A DNA stretch of 64,000 bases, from the NCBI GenBank assembly GCA_051599415.1, contig AP039689.1:1054001-1118000 (forward strand), read 5' to 3'. Under the pieces are notes generated by a model. That model was not told the DNA's origin. It was given only the letters and a program-made list of their open reading frames with translations, and did not search any database. Every line of letters starts with the position of its first letter. Position 1 is the first letter of the stretch. Source of the stretch: Savitreella phatthalungensis. Its lineage: Eukaryota. Position numbers and translations under genes: made by a program. Shown piece after piece: positions 31,864-43,940 of the stretch.

Positions 31864-33147
31864 TTAAGGAGAGGCCGCAACATCGCCGTTGGAGGAAGAT
31901 TGAGCGAGACGAGCCTCGAGCGATTTAAGTGCTTCCTCCTTTGCCAGCAGCTGCTGCCGCTTCTCGGCGATTTCTCTCTGCACTTTGAGCTCAATGTCTC
32001 GTAGCTTCTCCTCCTCGCGCTTGAGCTGTTGCTCCTTAATTCGAACAGACGTGTTTGCAAGCTCCTCCGACTCAACAACGTCGACGCCATCGACACTGCC
32101 GACGCCCTTAGAAAGAGACTCGGTACGATAATTTTCGTAGAGAAAATCCTGTGTGATTTCCTTCAGCTCAGCCAGGTGTGACTCCAATAAGGCAGAGCGG
32201 AGTGCGACAAAGTCGGAATGACGGGGATCATCAACGTCGATGTAGCCCCATGGGTAGACGCGAGCGCGAATCCGCTTGCCGTCAACTTCGACAATATCCT
32301 CACTGCCAACGATGGCGAATGGTAACAGGCCCCGAAGCTCCGCATTCTCCTCAACGGTCTCCTCGTCATCGACCTCAATGTCGTAAGGAAAATCGTATAT
32401 CGGAATCTCGTGGTGATTGATGTCTTCCATGATGAGCTTCTTTGTCTCTGCCAATTCCAATGGTGTCAAGCTATCAGCCTTGCCTATGACTGGAATGATG
32501 TTGACCCGCGGAGCGAGGCGGCGCATCAGTTCGATGTCGAGCTCCCGCAGACCGTGTCCAGTCGGCATGATGAAGTAGAGGCAGGCGTGCACCCTATTAT
32601 CCCTGAAGCGTGGATTGCGCTTGATACGAGACTCTTCGGCCACAATGTCCCCATACTGCTTTTCGAGATAATTGACGATTTCAGCGAAGCTGTAAGCTGT
32701 CAGTACCGCGACTCCAGACGATCTTGCAATAACGCTTACGCTGGCTCATTGTCGATGGCATCACCGAAGCCTGGCGTATCAACAATGGTAAGGCCAATGC
32801 GTTGTCCTTCGTCCTCCAATTCTGACTGTCAGTCCTCCATGAATCACTACCGGATGTCGGCGGTTGCAGCTTGAGATGCCGTGACGTTCTTACCGATCTG
32901 ATGAGCGCGAATCTCAACACGAGGATCGAGATGAGCATTGTCGGGATCATCGTCAAAACGATGCTCGAGAAGACCCTTTTCACATAGAGTGTTCACAAAT
33001 GTAGTCCTGCCGGTGCCGCTGGCGCCGACCACCATCAAAGTGAAGGAAACCTGCAGGAACTGGTCAGTCAAGTGGCAAAGACAATTCATCAGGCATTCGT
33101 ACGCCTTTCTTGGCGCTCTTCCGGCCTCGCAGCCGTGAATAGTTCAT
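31864..33147 (-). CDS. CDC11: Septin, Cdc11/AspA/Spn3 class (spliced)
   Basis: Introns at 33051-33102, 32822-32893 and 32690-32739, all GT..CTGAC..AG. Spliced product has RKSAKKGVSFTLMVVGASGTGRTTFVNTL (Cdc11-type GRT P-loop), DTPGFGD, GKAD, ARVYPWG and a coiled-coil tail. Confidence 0.92.
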
Positions 33148-33939
33148 CGAGGCAAGATCTGGCAGTCGAATGAAATGGCGGAGCAGACTGTCCTCGCAGA
33201 CAGAGCGTGATCAAGCGTATCGTTCGATAAATCTTCGGACAGACAGCAAAGATTGAAAGCGAGAGCCACGTCCGAAACACGATTTTTGTCCTGCGAGCTA
33301 GACTGAGATGGCGTGCGTGTCCTTAGGATCGTTTCTGATCACGCCGCCCTGCGATACGCGCACGCGCTTCGAGTGTAAATGCACGCACGCGAAGTAAATC
33401 ACACATATCAACAGAAGATTTCGAGGATCAATTGCTCTGCAGTCAACGACAGAGTTCATTGACCCCCGCTTGTCCCCTCTTCACACTGAAAATAATTGCG
33501 CTGAGCGCCGTACGTCTCTAGAGAGCATGCAAGAATCTTTGAAATTTAAATTAATTGAACTCGATCTATTTGAGGCACATATGTGATCTAGCAGCAGTTA
33601 ATTCGGACAGAGCTCATAAAAATCAATCATAGCTAGAGTCGAAACGACCATCCACTCGATCAAGGTGGCTCGGACAATATGCACTTCGGATGAATGTTCC
33701 CACTCTACATGGACCGCGCGTGGTTACAGGCTGAGATCCACCGTGATGTATGTCGCACATCAGAAGTTTGCACGGAGAGAATCGAATAGCAATGATACGC
33801 CACTAGTAGATTGGTCTGCCAGGCGTATACGGCTCACTTCATCTCTATCTCCTCCGAGCCTGCCGTCGGTGAAGCCTGCCGTAAATTCGCCGGTGATGAC
33901 AAGTCCTTCGAGGATCAATCAAGGGCTCCGAGTGCGTAG

Positions 33940-34593
33940 CTACTGACTAGAGAATTTCGCCTTACCCAAGTCGAAGGGCACATACTTGTACTTCACCATG
34001 TGCTGAATCTGTCGTCTCATGGTGAAGAAGGACAAGAGAAGGAAGTAGATCAGTAAGATTGGCCCTAGAGCAATGGTCAGCAAGCCTGCGCTTCGTTCAT
34101 GATGCCTAGTCTTACAGAATACTGGCACATCGAAGATAGGTATAATCGATGCGACAAGTGAGAGCGCTGTGGCTCGTGTAGCGGAATGCCAAAACTTGAA
34201 CTCGGGCAGACGGCGAATGAACGGTTTGAATTCTTGATTAGCACTAGTGGGCAGTGCTTGGCCGTTTTCCGTATCCTCATCTGCGAGTGCTTGCTCGAGG
34301 CTCGGGTCGAACTTGGGCGTCAGGAAAGCGATAAATAGCGACAGTAGGTAAATGCCCAGTCCATATGCAACTGTGACGAGTTAGCATGCAAGAGACTGGA
34401 CAGATGTATTTGACATACCGATATACCAGCCCTGCACCCACAAGATTCTCAACATGAAGAGAACGATCAAGATGGCCGTGACAGCCCATCGAATGCCGAA
34501 GTGAGGCACAGTGCGGTCAAGGTACGACTGATATGTCTGCTGCACTTTTGCGAGCAGAATCTCATGCTGAGCGGCCTGATCCGTATCACTCAT
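33940..34593 (-). CDS. RER1: Retrieval receptor Rer1 (spliced)
   Basis: Introns at 34371-34418 and 34065-34115. Spliced product has GWYIVAYGLGIYLL..FLTPKFDP..EFKPFIRRLPEFKFW..DVPVFWPILLIYF..MRRQIQHMVKYKYVPF. Confidence 0.95.
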
Positions 34594-35174
34594 CTCTCGC
34601 CAAGCAGCAATGTCTGATATACAATCGCGCGGTCGCAAGCGTCTTGGTATGAAGCGACAGACGCAGCTCGAGCTCGTGGTGGCCGACGAACGCGCTCAAT
34701 TTGCCTCGCGTCCTGTTCTTGATTTCCTTCTATATGAGTTTGTTCTGTCACAATGCATGATCGATAAATTGATCACCCACGCCGCCGCGCCTGAGTGCCA
34801 AGGTGCTCAATGATGCTGCCTGTGATAGGGATGAAATGACTCCCAGGCAGGCCTGCAGAGAACTTTCGTGTGTAGGTAGGGATTTTGCATGGATGCACGA
34901 ACATACGCTGCAAACACACTCGATCAATCTCAAGCTCATCAGTAAAATCGATCGAGCACTATAGAGAGATTCAGGGCCAGCGCGAAGTGCTTCGAGTGTA
35001 TTTTATTTGGCTAGCGCATTCTGATCCGAGTGCAGACAATAGAGTCCTCGTTGACATCTAATTTATAGAAACGCCAGAAAACGCGTTCGTTTGAAAAGTT
35101 TACGAAGGCCGCCTTTGTCGCTCTCGCACATCGGAGCCTTATAGGAGATTGTCGGAGTCCAGTGCATCGGATCA

Positions 35175-36818
35175 ATGAGTCTCAAGGTTCCAAAGCCACC
35201 TGGTACACAGCTGTTCAAGGACGGCTATCGCTCCTCACAGGGTGTTGAAGATGCTGTACAACGGAATATCTCTGCGATACACGAGCTGACGGAAATCCTC
35301 CGTACGTCTTTCGGGCCCAACGGCCGGAACAAGATAATTGTCAACCACCTTTCAAAGGTAATCTTGACGGCTGATGCTGCTACCATCATGCGAGAATTAG
35401 AGATCATTCATCCGGCTGCGAAACTTCTAGTCATGGCTTCACAGCAACAGGAAGCAGAGATGGGAGATGCCACGAACCTTGTTATAATCCTGGCTGGAGA
35501 AATGCTGCAGCAGGCGGGAGAGTTGCTGACTCTCGGCTTGCATCCTGCTGAGATCATACAAGGCTATGAAATCGCTTCCAAACACGCCCTCGAGTGCATT
35601 GAAGAACTGTCTGTGGATGACGTCGGCGATATCAAGGCTCAGGATGAGCTCGCAAAGGCTATCCGCACCGCGATCGGTTCGAAGCAATATGGCAATGAGG
35701 CGTTTCTGGGAGAGCTCGTGTCTGAGGCCATTCTGACGGTGCTACCGAGAGACCCAAAAAATTTCAACGTTGACAGCATCCGCGTGGTCAAGATTCTGGG
35801 CTCCAGTCTGAGCGAGAGTCGGGTCGTCCGTGGCATGGTATTTCCGCGGGAGGCCGAAGGTACCGTGAAAAAAGTCGCGAAGGCGAAAGTCGCTGTGTTC
35901 AGCTGTCCCCTCGATATCTCTCAGACCGAGACAAAGGGAACTGTACTACTGCACAATGCAAAGGAAATGCTCGATTTCACCAAGGGCGAGGAGGCACAAT
36001 TGGAGGCCATCGTCAAGGAAATTTACGAAGCAGGGGTGCGGGTGGCGATAACCGGCTCTGCCGTTGGCGACCTTATGCTGCATTACCTGAACCGCTATGG
36101 CATATTCGTCATCAAAGTTTTGAGCAAATTTGATGTGCGGCGGCTCTGCAGAGTCGTCGGCGCTACGCCACTCGCGCGTGTCGGAGCTCCAATGCCCGAA
36201 GAGATGGGCTTCGTTGATGTGGTCGAAACAGTGGAAATTGGCGGTGACCGGGTGACTGTATTCCGTCAAGAGGATGAGCAAACAAAGACCTCCACCATTG
36301 TGTTGAGAGGGGCTACTCAGAACCATCTCGACGACGTTGAACGTGCGATCGACGACGGCGTAAACGTGGTCAAGGCTCTTGTCAAGGACTCTCGACTGGT
36401 TCCAGGCGCAGGCGCTGTTGAACTTGAACTGCTCAAACGCATCGAGGGCCTAGGTGACAAGACCCCGGGTCTTTTACAACACGGGATCAAGCGCTATGCC
36501 CATGCTTTTGAAATTGTGCCACGCACCCTGCTTGAGAACGCCGGCCTAGATGTCACAGAAACACTGGCCAAATTAAGGGCGGCGCATCACAAGAACGACC
36601 TAGGATTAACCGGCATCGACATTGACGATGAGTCGGATGGCACTTTCGACAGCAAAAAGCATGGCGTGTTAGATGCGCTGGCTGCGAAACAATCTGCCAT
36701 AAAACTGGCTACGGAGGCATGTCTGACAGTCTTGTCAGTCGATCAGATCATCATGTCAAAGGTGGCAGGCGGCCCTAAAGTGCCTCAGCAACAAGGTGGC
36801 TGGGACAATGATGATTAA
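35175..36818 (+). CDS. CCT8: T-complex protein 1 subunit theta
   Basis: RTSFGPNGRNKIIVNHL, FNVDSIRVVKILGS, TETKGTVLL and VDQIIMSKVAGGPK. Confidence 0.97.
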   Translation: MSLKVPKPPGTQLFKDGYRSSQGVEDAVQRNISAIHELTEILRTSFGPNGRNKIIVNHLSKVILTADAATIMRELEIIHPAAKLLVMASQQQEAEMGDATNLVIILAGEMLQQAGELLTLGLHPAEIIQGYEIASKHALECIEELSVDDVGDIKAQDELAKAIRTAIGSKQYGNEAFLGELVSEAILTVLPRDPKNFNVDSIRVVKILGSSLSESRVVRGMVFPREAEGTVKKVAKAKVAVFSCPLDISQTETKGTVLLHNAKEMLDFTKGEEAQLEAIVKEIYEAGVRVAITGSAVGDLMLHYLNRYGIFVIKVLSKFDVRRLCRVVGATPLARVGAPMPEEMGFVDVVETVEIGGDRVTVFRQEDEQTKTSTIVLRGATQNHLDDVERAIDDGVNVVKALVKDSRLVPGAGAVELELLKRIEGLGDKTPGLLQHGIKRYAHAFEIVPRTLLENAGLDVTETLAKLRAAHHKNDLGLTGIDIDDESDGTFDSKKHGVLDALAAKQSAIKLATEACLTVLSVDQIIMSKVAGGPKVPQQQGGWDNDD

Positions 36819-38083
36819 TGCGAGGTTTCTGCATCGACTAATGAGCCGGAAGACCTGACGTGTCAAGACTCGACGCTATGGCATTTGGGAACACATGTTG
36901 ACCGGCTAAATGTTCTTCATCCACCTGTGAAATCTCTCTCTCTTTTTTCGGCACGCAACACATTCTGTATGTGACCTTGGTCAAGTTAAAGGAGCCCGAA
37001 GTTTGGAATGGATTTTCTCTCGTAGACACGACCTGGCTGAGCCTTGCAAAACTTCAGCTGGATCACACGAGTCGGTAAGAATTTATTTTCCCGTCGGACA
37101 GTCTTGTGAGGCTCTCCTTGCATATCAGTTCCTGGTCAGATAAGAACACGTTCTAGTTTCCTTTCCTTGTTGATCCCCTTTGTGCTTCGTGCTCACCGGG
37201 ATCAGTCTGCCATATATCATATGCTACCAAAGCGATTCGAACAGAATTTCTTTGGCGATCAAGCGCATGTAGCTCACCCAAGGGAGCATGGAGTATATCC
37301 TGGTGGAGTCGGGAACGATTGAGATGGCGCCTGGATCAAAGAACATAACGCTGCCCTTGCAGGGAAAACAATAGCATGAGCTTGGCCATGGTGGCATCAA
37401 ATCGTTCATACCAGATCTTGATATGTATGTGGACGGGAACCGTGAGGGGAAGATTAATTCAAAAATAGTAGCAGCTCGTGGAGCACTATCCGGTTTCATC
37501 ACGTCGAGACTCGCTCTGTCAAGGACTAGGGTCAAGTATTATCAAAAGAAAGAGGCCTCTAGTAGACCGAGAAGTAGCCCGAGATCTGGACTTGTTCCTA
37601 CCTTAACTTCGCTTTTGTTGGTGACAGGGACTTCTTTTAGCCCTCTAAAATGCACCGACCAGCACCGGCCTGACCTTTGTATTTCCGTGCATTCTAAATT
37701 CCCGTCATTTAACGTTTGGTGGCACACAGTCATGTATAGCTAGGTAAATATGCTCCAGAACTGGCGTCAGCACAGACCGCGTTAGTGTGACACAGGAGAT
37801 CGTGGATTCATATACGGCTACACACGACTGCACGATTGTTTCGGGTCCTTAGCTGCGCTGGACGGTAAGTCCTGAAAGTGCTTGCGAGAGTGTAAGCCCC
37901 GCTTTGGTATAGAAGTCCGTGAGGACGACTTTCTCTACCGTACGCGAATTCGTCACGTCCATGGACAGGTGACAGCCGTAGAACAGTTTCGGGCGAAACG
38001 TGGACACGGGCGCTCCGTTCAGTTGTTCGACATACTGCTTGTAGCTGACTTTATTCAGGCGGTAATAGCGGGACCGGCCGAGG

Positions 38084-41000
38084 ATGCGCTCGAGCAGGAG
38101 CCGATCCGCAGGATTGAGCCTGTTCTCCAGCTCGTACCACGATGAGTCTCGTGAACGCAGGGATAACGATCAGCAATCAATCACATCGTCCTCACCAAAG
38201 TCATTTGCATCGTTCTTCGGCAGAAGCAAGGCCAGCAAAAGCCGTGGCAATGGCGATGCGAGCGAAATTGGGAAAATGACAGGTCAAGGATTGGACGGCG
38301 CCATGCCTACGAATGGCGATAGTTGGACAAGGCCGAATGATTTCGCATCTAGCAATGAGACAGCCTTATCAAATTCGGCTGATGCTTGGAGAAGTGAGAG
38401 AGCCGGCTCAAGGTCCTCCGGGGCAACAATGACGGATAGGCGAAGCCGACAGCTCGGGTCACAACACTATCGCTCACTATCTCGCAGTCTGAATGATCTT
38501 GGGCATCTCGTACATCGCGAAGAACACGGATCTTGGATGCGGGATCGTGACAGACTTGAGGAAGAGGATGATGTTCTCTCCCTTGGTGCCTCTACCACCA
38601 GCGGCGCAGGTAATGGTCACTCACCTCTCGTTCGATCTGGCAGCAAGTCTGGCTTTGAATCACTTTCACGAACCAGCTCTGTGCATCCGAAACCTACAAT
38701 CTTAAGTGGCTGGCTCAATCGTCGAACGGCAAAGAAGGATCAGCCGTGGCGATTGCATTGGGCGGTTCTTAATGACACGAAGCTTACCTTGTACAAGAGC
38801 GGAAGCGATGTATCAGCGAAGTGCTTCATCCATCATCCGCCACTTCTGCCATCAGAGCAGCTCTCAGAAACTGTGGCCCCGCCGGTCGTGCAAGCGGCCG
38901 CTGACGTTGGTACAGCTCCGATACTGACTGCAAGCGTCTCCATGCAGAGTCTGAGCCGCTCTCGCCGGCTTCTACGTGATAACGAAGGCAAATTAATCGC
39001 CGGTAGTGTGGCAGGCCTCTGTCGGCAAATGCTTCTCGATAAGGACGACTCCGACGAATCGTTGGCAGGACTCTTGATCAACACGATCGGCCATTGGACT
39101 GGCTGTCATGACGTTCTTGATGAGCTTTTCCTCCAGATACAAGCCCTCTCAGACGCATCCGTCGGCGATCGACCTGCGGGAATCGTCGCTGGGATACTCA
39201 ACAACCTGCCTTCAGCCCTTTTGTCTCGTCAAAACGTTTCATCTGTGCTGACTCTGCTGAGGACTCTGTCGGATACAGAACAGGAAAGATTCCAGGCTCA
39301 AATAGCAGACGCACGCAATCGCTTGAATCTCGTGATCACGGTTGCAGACCATGGTCTCGCGATCGGCAATGTCGAGCCTGATGCGGACGAATTTGACGGG
39401 CGTCTGACTAGAGATATTCTGTGGTCTTTGCCTGCTTCACTGCTCGCGGAGCAACTACACGCATATCACATGTTCTTTCTGCAGCGCTGGAATCCCCTGG
39501 AGGACCGCTTCCTTTTTGCGGGTGAAGCGGCGGGAAAGACTGTCCGCCATCCACTCGTCTTCGGTCCACGTGAGATTCATTTCCTCACAACGACTGTGCT
39601 GGATCACCTGCTTTCTGTCGATGTGGACGACCAGACACGAGCTCGTCTTTGCACGTATTGGATAAACGTTGGTCGGGTCTCGAAAACACTTGGCGACATG
39701 GCAAGCTGGATTGCTGTGATTCTGGCGCTCTGCAGTCCTGCTGTGACCCGACTGCGTCATATGTGGAGCCTGGTTGACGACGAGAGTCGGCAAGTCGTGG
39801 ATCGCGAGTGGAGCTATGTCATGCGAGATCTGTTCCGCACGGAACTCCTGATGGACAGTGCGCTTCTCTCTGCCCATGTCCTTGCGCCGGATTTGGACGA
39901 TTCAAGCCTGGCAGTCTCCGATGTCGTTCCATTCCTTGGCGACGTGCTGACAGCTGCAAGGTTCCTTCGCGGCCGAGTCAAGCGGGACGAGGATGGTCTC
40001 GTGGATGTAACTGTGATACGACAGCTCGACGCTGTCCTGCGAACTGCTAGACAAAGCTGGATTACTTTCAATCCACCGTGCGCCGCCTCGACTGCCCTGA
40101 TGCATCGCCGGCCGTTGTTGAAAAGCTTTAAAGACTGCTTTACAGCGCTCAATAACGCGGAAGAACTGCATTCAGATTTGCATGATTTGCACTGGTTGGA
40201 GTGCTCACTGAAGTGTGAACCAGCCACAAGCAACTCGAACGGCTGGCGGTCGACACGTGCACAATACGGCCTCGGGCCAGCCTTGCCGCTGGCCTTGATC
40301 GACGTCTTACCAGTGTACAAGCTCTTCGATACAACTGATCTGCTGAATATCCACGGAAGCAGCAAGAGGACAACTCGCCTAGGCACATCGGTGCCAAATG
40401 AGAGCTCGAATGGCGCATCTCTTCGCCGGCTCAACTCCTTTCCGCCGACTCGAATTCCTGCGACCTACACGACCGGCAATGATCAACTGGATGAGATCAC
40501 TCGAGCTCGGCACAGTGCAGCAGCATCGGACTGGAAAATGCTTCGACACCTTCAGGCTTTGACCGGTCTCAGTGATCAAGCCCAAGCTCTTCGCGGCGGC
40601 GATATCATCTTGAAAGATCTCAGCATTGAGATTGGATCAGCAAACGCCATGGGCAATGTCAAGCGGCCGCTCTCGATCATCGTTGAAAACAGGAAACGAG
40701 ACTCGGCGCGCTCGAAGCGTACATCGTTGCTGCATTCACAAGACTTGACAGGCTTCGATATCGACCGCCTTTCTTTAGGTTGCGGGCCGAGCGCGAAAGA
40801 GTATATCGTGCGAGCCGGTACCTGTGCTGCTCTCATTGACTTGGTCGTGGTCGACCTGATAGACCACGACAAGCCCCTTCATGGGGATGGCGGACTCGAT
40901 CGCGAAGAGTATTTGCGCGTCTTCTTTGGCTTATATCGTACATTCACGACGCCGGTTTCACTTATCGACGAAATTACACGACGGCTGAGTTTGGCGATCG

Positions 41001-43801
41001 CAGCGAGCGATCCAGCTGTCCCTGTTGAGCTCTTCCCTCTGTGGGACAAGGCCTCGATTGCGGATTCTGTGGATCCCAGTCGAGCAGAAGCGATCTACAC
41101 CGGCGCCATCACCGCCATTGTAACTTGGCTCGAGCTATATCCTAATGACTTACTCGGCTCAGTCGTCATGTATCAGCGACTCGATTCAGCTTTAGCGGTA
41201 TCGGACGTGTTGCGACACAAGATCGTCTCCCTTGGCGCATCTGCGCAGGCGGTTGAAGCAGCATGCTACCGCCTACGCGCCGCGGTGCAGCAGTTCCGCT
41301 ACTCCCCACAGTATTTTGTCAGCCACCGGGCGGCGGAACTCGCTCTGGAAGTCTATGACTGGTACAACGTAGGCATTTCTCCTGACGAGACCGCTGAGCA
41401 AGTAATCAACCAGACCGATCTACTCTTCAGCTTCCATCAACAATCTTGTACTCTCGAAGACTGGATGCGGACATTTGACACGCTCGCCCAACAGGGCGGT
41501 GACCCGCGTGGATACTTCGTTCAAACGAATACATTCTCCACCACCGAAGACTTGATAGTCTCGACGACAATCCCGATGCTCGCTCGCATGCGTCGACCTT
41601 CCGACAATACGATGCTGATCGACCAGCTACCCCTCCCGGTGAGAAACCTAGTACAACTCTGGCAGAACGTGTATGACTGGGCACTACAGCAGGTTACGGC
41701 GCCGGAGATCGAGCTGGACTTGCGCATACGCCGCATGGAATTGTTCCTCGGCATCATCCGTCTTTCACAATCTCGCTTGAGCCAGCTGGATATCGCTTTG
41801 AGGAAGGAACAAGTTAAAATCGTGCCTGGATCAGTCGCGGACGCGGTTGCCCATGCCCTCATTCACCCTGAATCGCGTCAATTTGTCAATGCTTGGGCGG
41901 CAGTCTCCCGGCGTGCCGGCCTGAATGACACTGCGCAGACAATTGAGGCACTTGTGGCCCGTACACCCTGCGTCAGCACTGGCGAATGTGGCAAAGTCAC
42001 ACCGAGCATCAACTGGATTCTAGACCGAATGCTCGAAATCAATTGCTATGTACCAGATCACGCGCCTGACAATGAGCGACTTGTCAACTATGACAAGCTC
42101 GGTTACATCCACAACCTGCTTGAGAACCTCGATCTTCTGAAGGCCCGGGAGCTCGACAAGGTCGACTTATTTGAGCAATACGACAACCCCCTCCTGTGTT
42201 TGCTTAAGGAGGCTGCGCCATTCAATGATCCAAAATGTGTCAAACAGGCAGCACAGAAAGAGAACGCGATCGTGCGCGCGTTGCGACTACAAAAGCCCTT
42301 TTCGCAAATTGTCGCTCAAGAGCTGGAGAAACTCAAGCGAGATGCCCGTCAGCGTGAATCGGTCGAGAGGCAGATGCGTGAAATGTCGAGAACGCTTGAC
42401 CGCAAGCGAAGTGACCTCGTCGGCCGCATACACGGTGCACCTCCTTCCATGCCTCGAAAATCGCAGACTCGATCGCGCTACGGCATGGGCAGCCTGCTGA
42501 AAGCTGTGCGTCCTCTCTCGGTCGCTATTACTGGAAACAGTTGGCAGTCCGGGACCGGCATGAGCACGGACTTCCCGTATAGTTGTGAGATACACGAGCT
42601 GCCGATCGAGTATGATGCGATCAAGTCCGGCAAGATGACACAATCCTTTGACATGGGAATATCGTCCGTCCGTCTATCAGACCCGGATGCGCAGACCTTC
42701 GTCGTAAAGGACGGGCAGTCCGACGTCCTTTTACAAACTCCGACGGCTTTCGAGCTCGAAGAATGGGTGCGTAGTCTACAGGCTGCTGTTGGGTTGGCTA
42801 CATTGAAGCGCCGAAGTGGAGGAGTTTCCACTGACCAGGGAAGCTCCAATGCGTCAAGGGATGCTGCTTCATCGGACCGTACAAACGCAATCAAGGGACG
42901 GCAATCTGAGCGGCTTCAATTCGGTGTATCACTCGAGCACATCATGACACGCGACGAGGAGACAGGAGAGATTCCCATGGTCGCGCGTGTCTTGATGGAC
43001 GATGTTGAAGCTAGAGGTTTGCATGAACAAGGCATCTATCGCATCTCCGGGAGCATGGCGCATGTGCAATCACTAAAGGCTGAACTGGACGCAAATATTC
43101 CCACAAAAGTGGATCTGAGCTCTTACGCGGACATCAATGCTGTAGCGGGTGGATTCAAGGCCTGGCTCCGCGAATTGCCCGAACCTCTCTTGACATTCGG
43201 ACTGTATGCGGACTGGATTGAGACAGCTCGGCTGACAGATGAAGACCAGCGCCTGGCTGGCTTCAACTTGCTGCTATCTCGTCTTTCTTTGGCCCACGCG
43301 AAGATGACAAAAGCTCTACTTGATCATCTCGCTCGAATCGTGGACAATGAAGATCAGAATCAAATGTTTGCGCACAACCTGGCTATTGTGTTCGGCCCAA
43401 ACTTACTTCGGGCGCCATCTGACCCCGTATCGGGAATGAATTCAACCTCCAGGCGACAAGGACAGAGTGTAGAAGGTGATATGCAGCTGCTTGCAACCAC
43501 TGTGGGTGATTTCGGCAAGGTACAGACCGTGGTGCGTCATTTAATTTTGGCTTCGCGGCAGCTCTCCATTCATCGAAGTCCCAGTCATTCTTGCGAGGAT
43601 GTTCCGGACATGCAGCTTCGTGCCGCCGAGCCAGTGATCGATCGGAACGAGCCCAGGATTTACGATGCCGCCACTGCTTCACAAGAAGGACAGTCCAGCG
43701 ATAGCGCGATCTTTGATATTAGTCTCGCAGACATGGCAGCTACTGCAGCCGCGGCGGCCGGAGACGCATCCGACCTGGAAGGACTTGGACAAGGTCTTTA
43801 G
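38084..43801 (+). CDS. BEM2: Bem2-like RasGEF + PH + RhoGAP multidomain protein
   Basis: N-terminal PH-like segment (SGWLNRR..WRLHWAVL), REM/RasGEF (LAEQL, GDMASW, VTRLRHMW, VVPFLGD) and a second REM. These are followed by a PH end (ELEEWVRSL) and a RhoGAP domain with arginine finger GIYRISG and NLAIVFGPNLL. Confidence 0.82.
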   Translation: MRSSRSRSAGLSLFSSSYHDESRERRDNDQQSITSSSPKSFASFFGRSKASKSRGNGDASEIGKMTGQGLDGAMPTNGDSWTRPNDFASSNETALSNSADAWRSERAGSRSSGATMTDRRSRQLGSQHYRSLSRSLNDLGHLVHREEHGSWMRDRDRLEEEDDVLSLGASTTSGAGNGHSPLVRSGSKSGFESLSRTSSVHPKPTILSGWLNRRTAKKDQPWRLHWAVLNDTKLTLYKSGSDVSAKCFIHHPPLLPSEQLSETVAPPVVQAAADVGTAPILTASVSMQSLSRSRRLLRDNEGKLIAGSVAGLCRQMLLDKDDSDESLAGLLINTIGHWTGCHDVLDELFLQIQALSDASVGDRPAGIVAGILNNLPSALLSRQNVSSVLTLLRTLSDTEQERFQAQIADARNRLNLVITVADHGLAIGNVEPDADEFDGRLTRDILWSLPASLLAEQLHAYHMFFLQRWNPLEDRFLFAGEAAGKTVRHPLVFGPREIHFLTTTVLDHLLSVDVDDQTRARLCTYWINVGRVSKTLGDMASWIAVILALCSPAVTRLRHMWSLVDDESRQVVDREWSYVMRDLFRTELLMDSALLSAHVLAPDLDDSSLAVSDVVPFLGDVLTAARFLRGRVKRDEDGLVDVTVIRQLDAVLRTARQSWITFNPPCAASTALMHRRPLLKSFKDCFTALNNAEELHSDLHDLHWLECSLKCEPATSNSNGWRSTRAQYGLGPALPLALIDVLPVYKLFDTTDLLNIHGSSKRTTRLGTSVPNESSNGASLRRLNSFPPTRIPATYTTGNDQLDEITRARHSAAASDWKMLRHLQALTGLSDQAQALRGGDIILKDLSIEIGSANAMGNVKRPLSIIVENRKRDSARSKRTSLLHSQDLTGFDIDRLSLGCGPSAKEYIVRAGTCAALIDLVVVDLIDHDKPLHGDGGLDREEYLRVFFGLYRTFTTPVSLIDEITRRLSLAIAASDPAVPVELFPLWDKASIADSVDPSRAEAIYTGAITAIVTWLELYPNDLLGSVVMYQRLDSALAVSDVLRHKIVSLGASAQAVEAACYRLRAAVQQFRYSPQYFVSHRAAELALEVYDWYNVGISPDETAEQVINQTDLLFSFHQQSCTLEDWMRTFDTLAQQGGDPRGYFVQTNTFSTTEDLIVSTTIPMLARMRRPSDNTMLIDQLPLPVRNLVQLWQNVYDWALQQVTAPEIELDLRIRRMELFLGIIRLSQSRLSQLDIALRKEQVKIVPGSVADAVAHALIHPESRQFVNAWAAVSRRAGLNDTAQTIEALVARTPCVSTGECGKVTPSINWILDRMLEINCYVPDHAPDNERLVNYDKLGYIHNLLENLDLLKARELDKVDLFEQYDNPLLCLLKEAAPFNDPKCVKQAAQKENAIVRALRLQKPFSQIVAQELEKLKRDARQRESVERQMREMSRTLDRKRSDLVGRIHGAPPSMPRKSQTRSRYGMGSLLKAVRPLSVAITGNSWQSGTGMSTDFPYSCEIHELPIEYDAIKSGKMTQSFDMGISSVRLSDPDAQTFVVKDGQSDVLLQTPTAFELEEWVRSLQAAVGLATLKRRSGGVSTDQGSSNASRDAASSDRTNAIKGRQSERLQFGVSLEHIMTRDEETGEIPMVARVLMDDVEARGLHEQGIYRISGSMAHVQSLKAELDANIPTKVDLSSYADINAVAGGFKAWLRELPEPLLTFGLYADWIETARLTDEDQRLAGFNLLLSRLSLAHAKMTKALLDHLARIVDNEDQNQMFAHNLAIVFGPNLLRAPSDPVSGMNSTSRRQGQSVEGDMQLLATTVGDFGKVQTVVRHLILASRQLSIHRSPSHSCEDVPDMQLRAAEPVIDRNEPRIYDAATASQEGQSSDSAIFDISLADMAATAAAAAGDASDLEGLGQGL

Positions 43802-43940
43802 ACTTCGCCATAAACGTTGAAATTTAGGATGAGATTATGATATAGACACGTTATTGAATGATTGACGGCGATGAGGATTTATCGTGCACATGATGATCGT
43901 GATGAGGTTCGTGAGAGGGTGCGCCACTGCTCGTCATCGG

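Noticed and set aside
35175..36818. Alternative CUG decoding
   Set aside because: Conserved proteins (CCT8, PCNA, ARL1) read normally under the standard code; no evidence seen, though not tested systematically.
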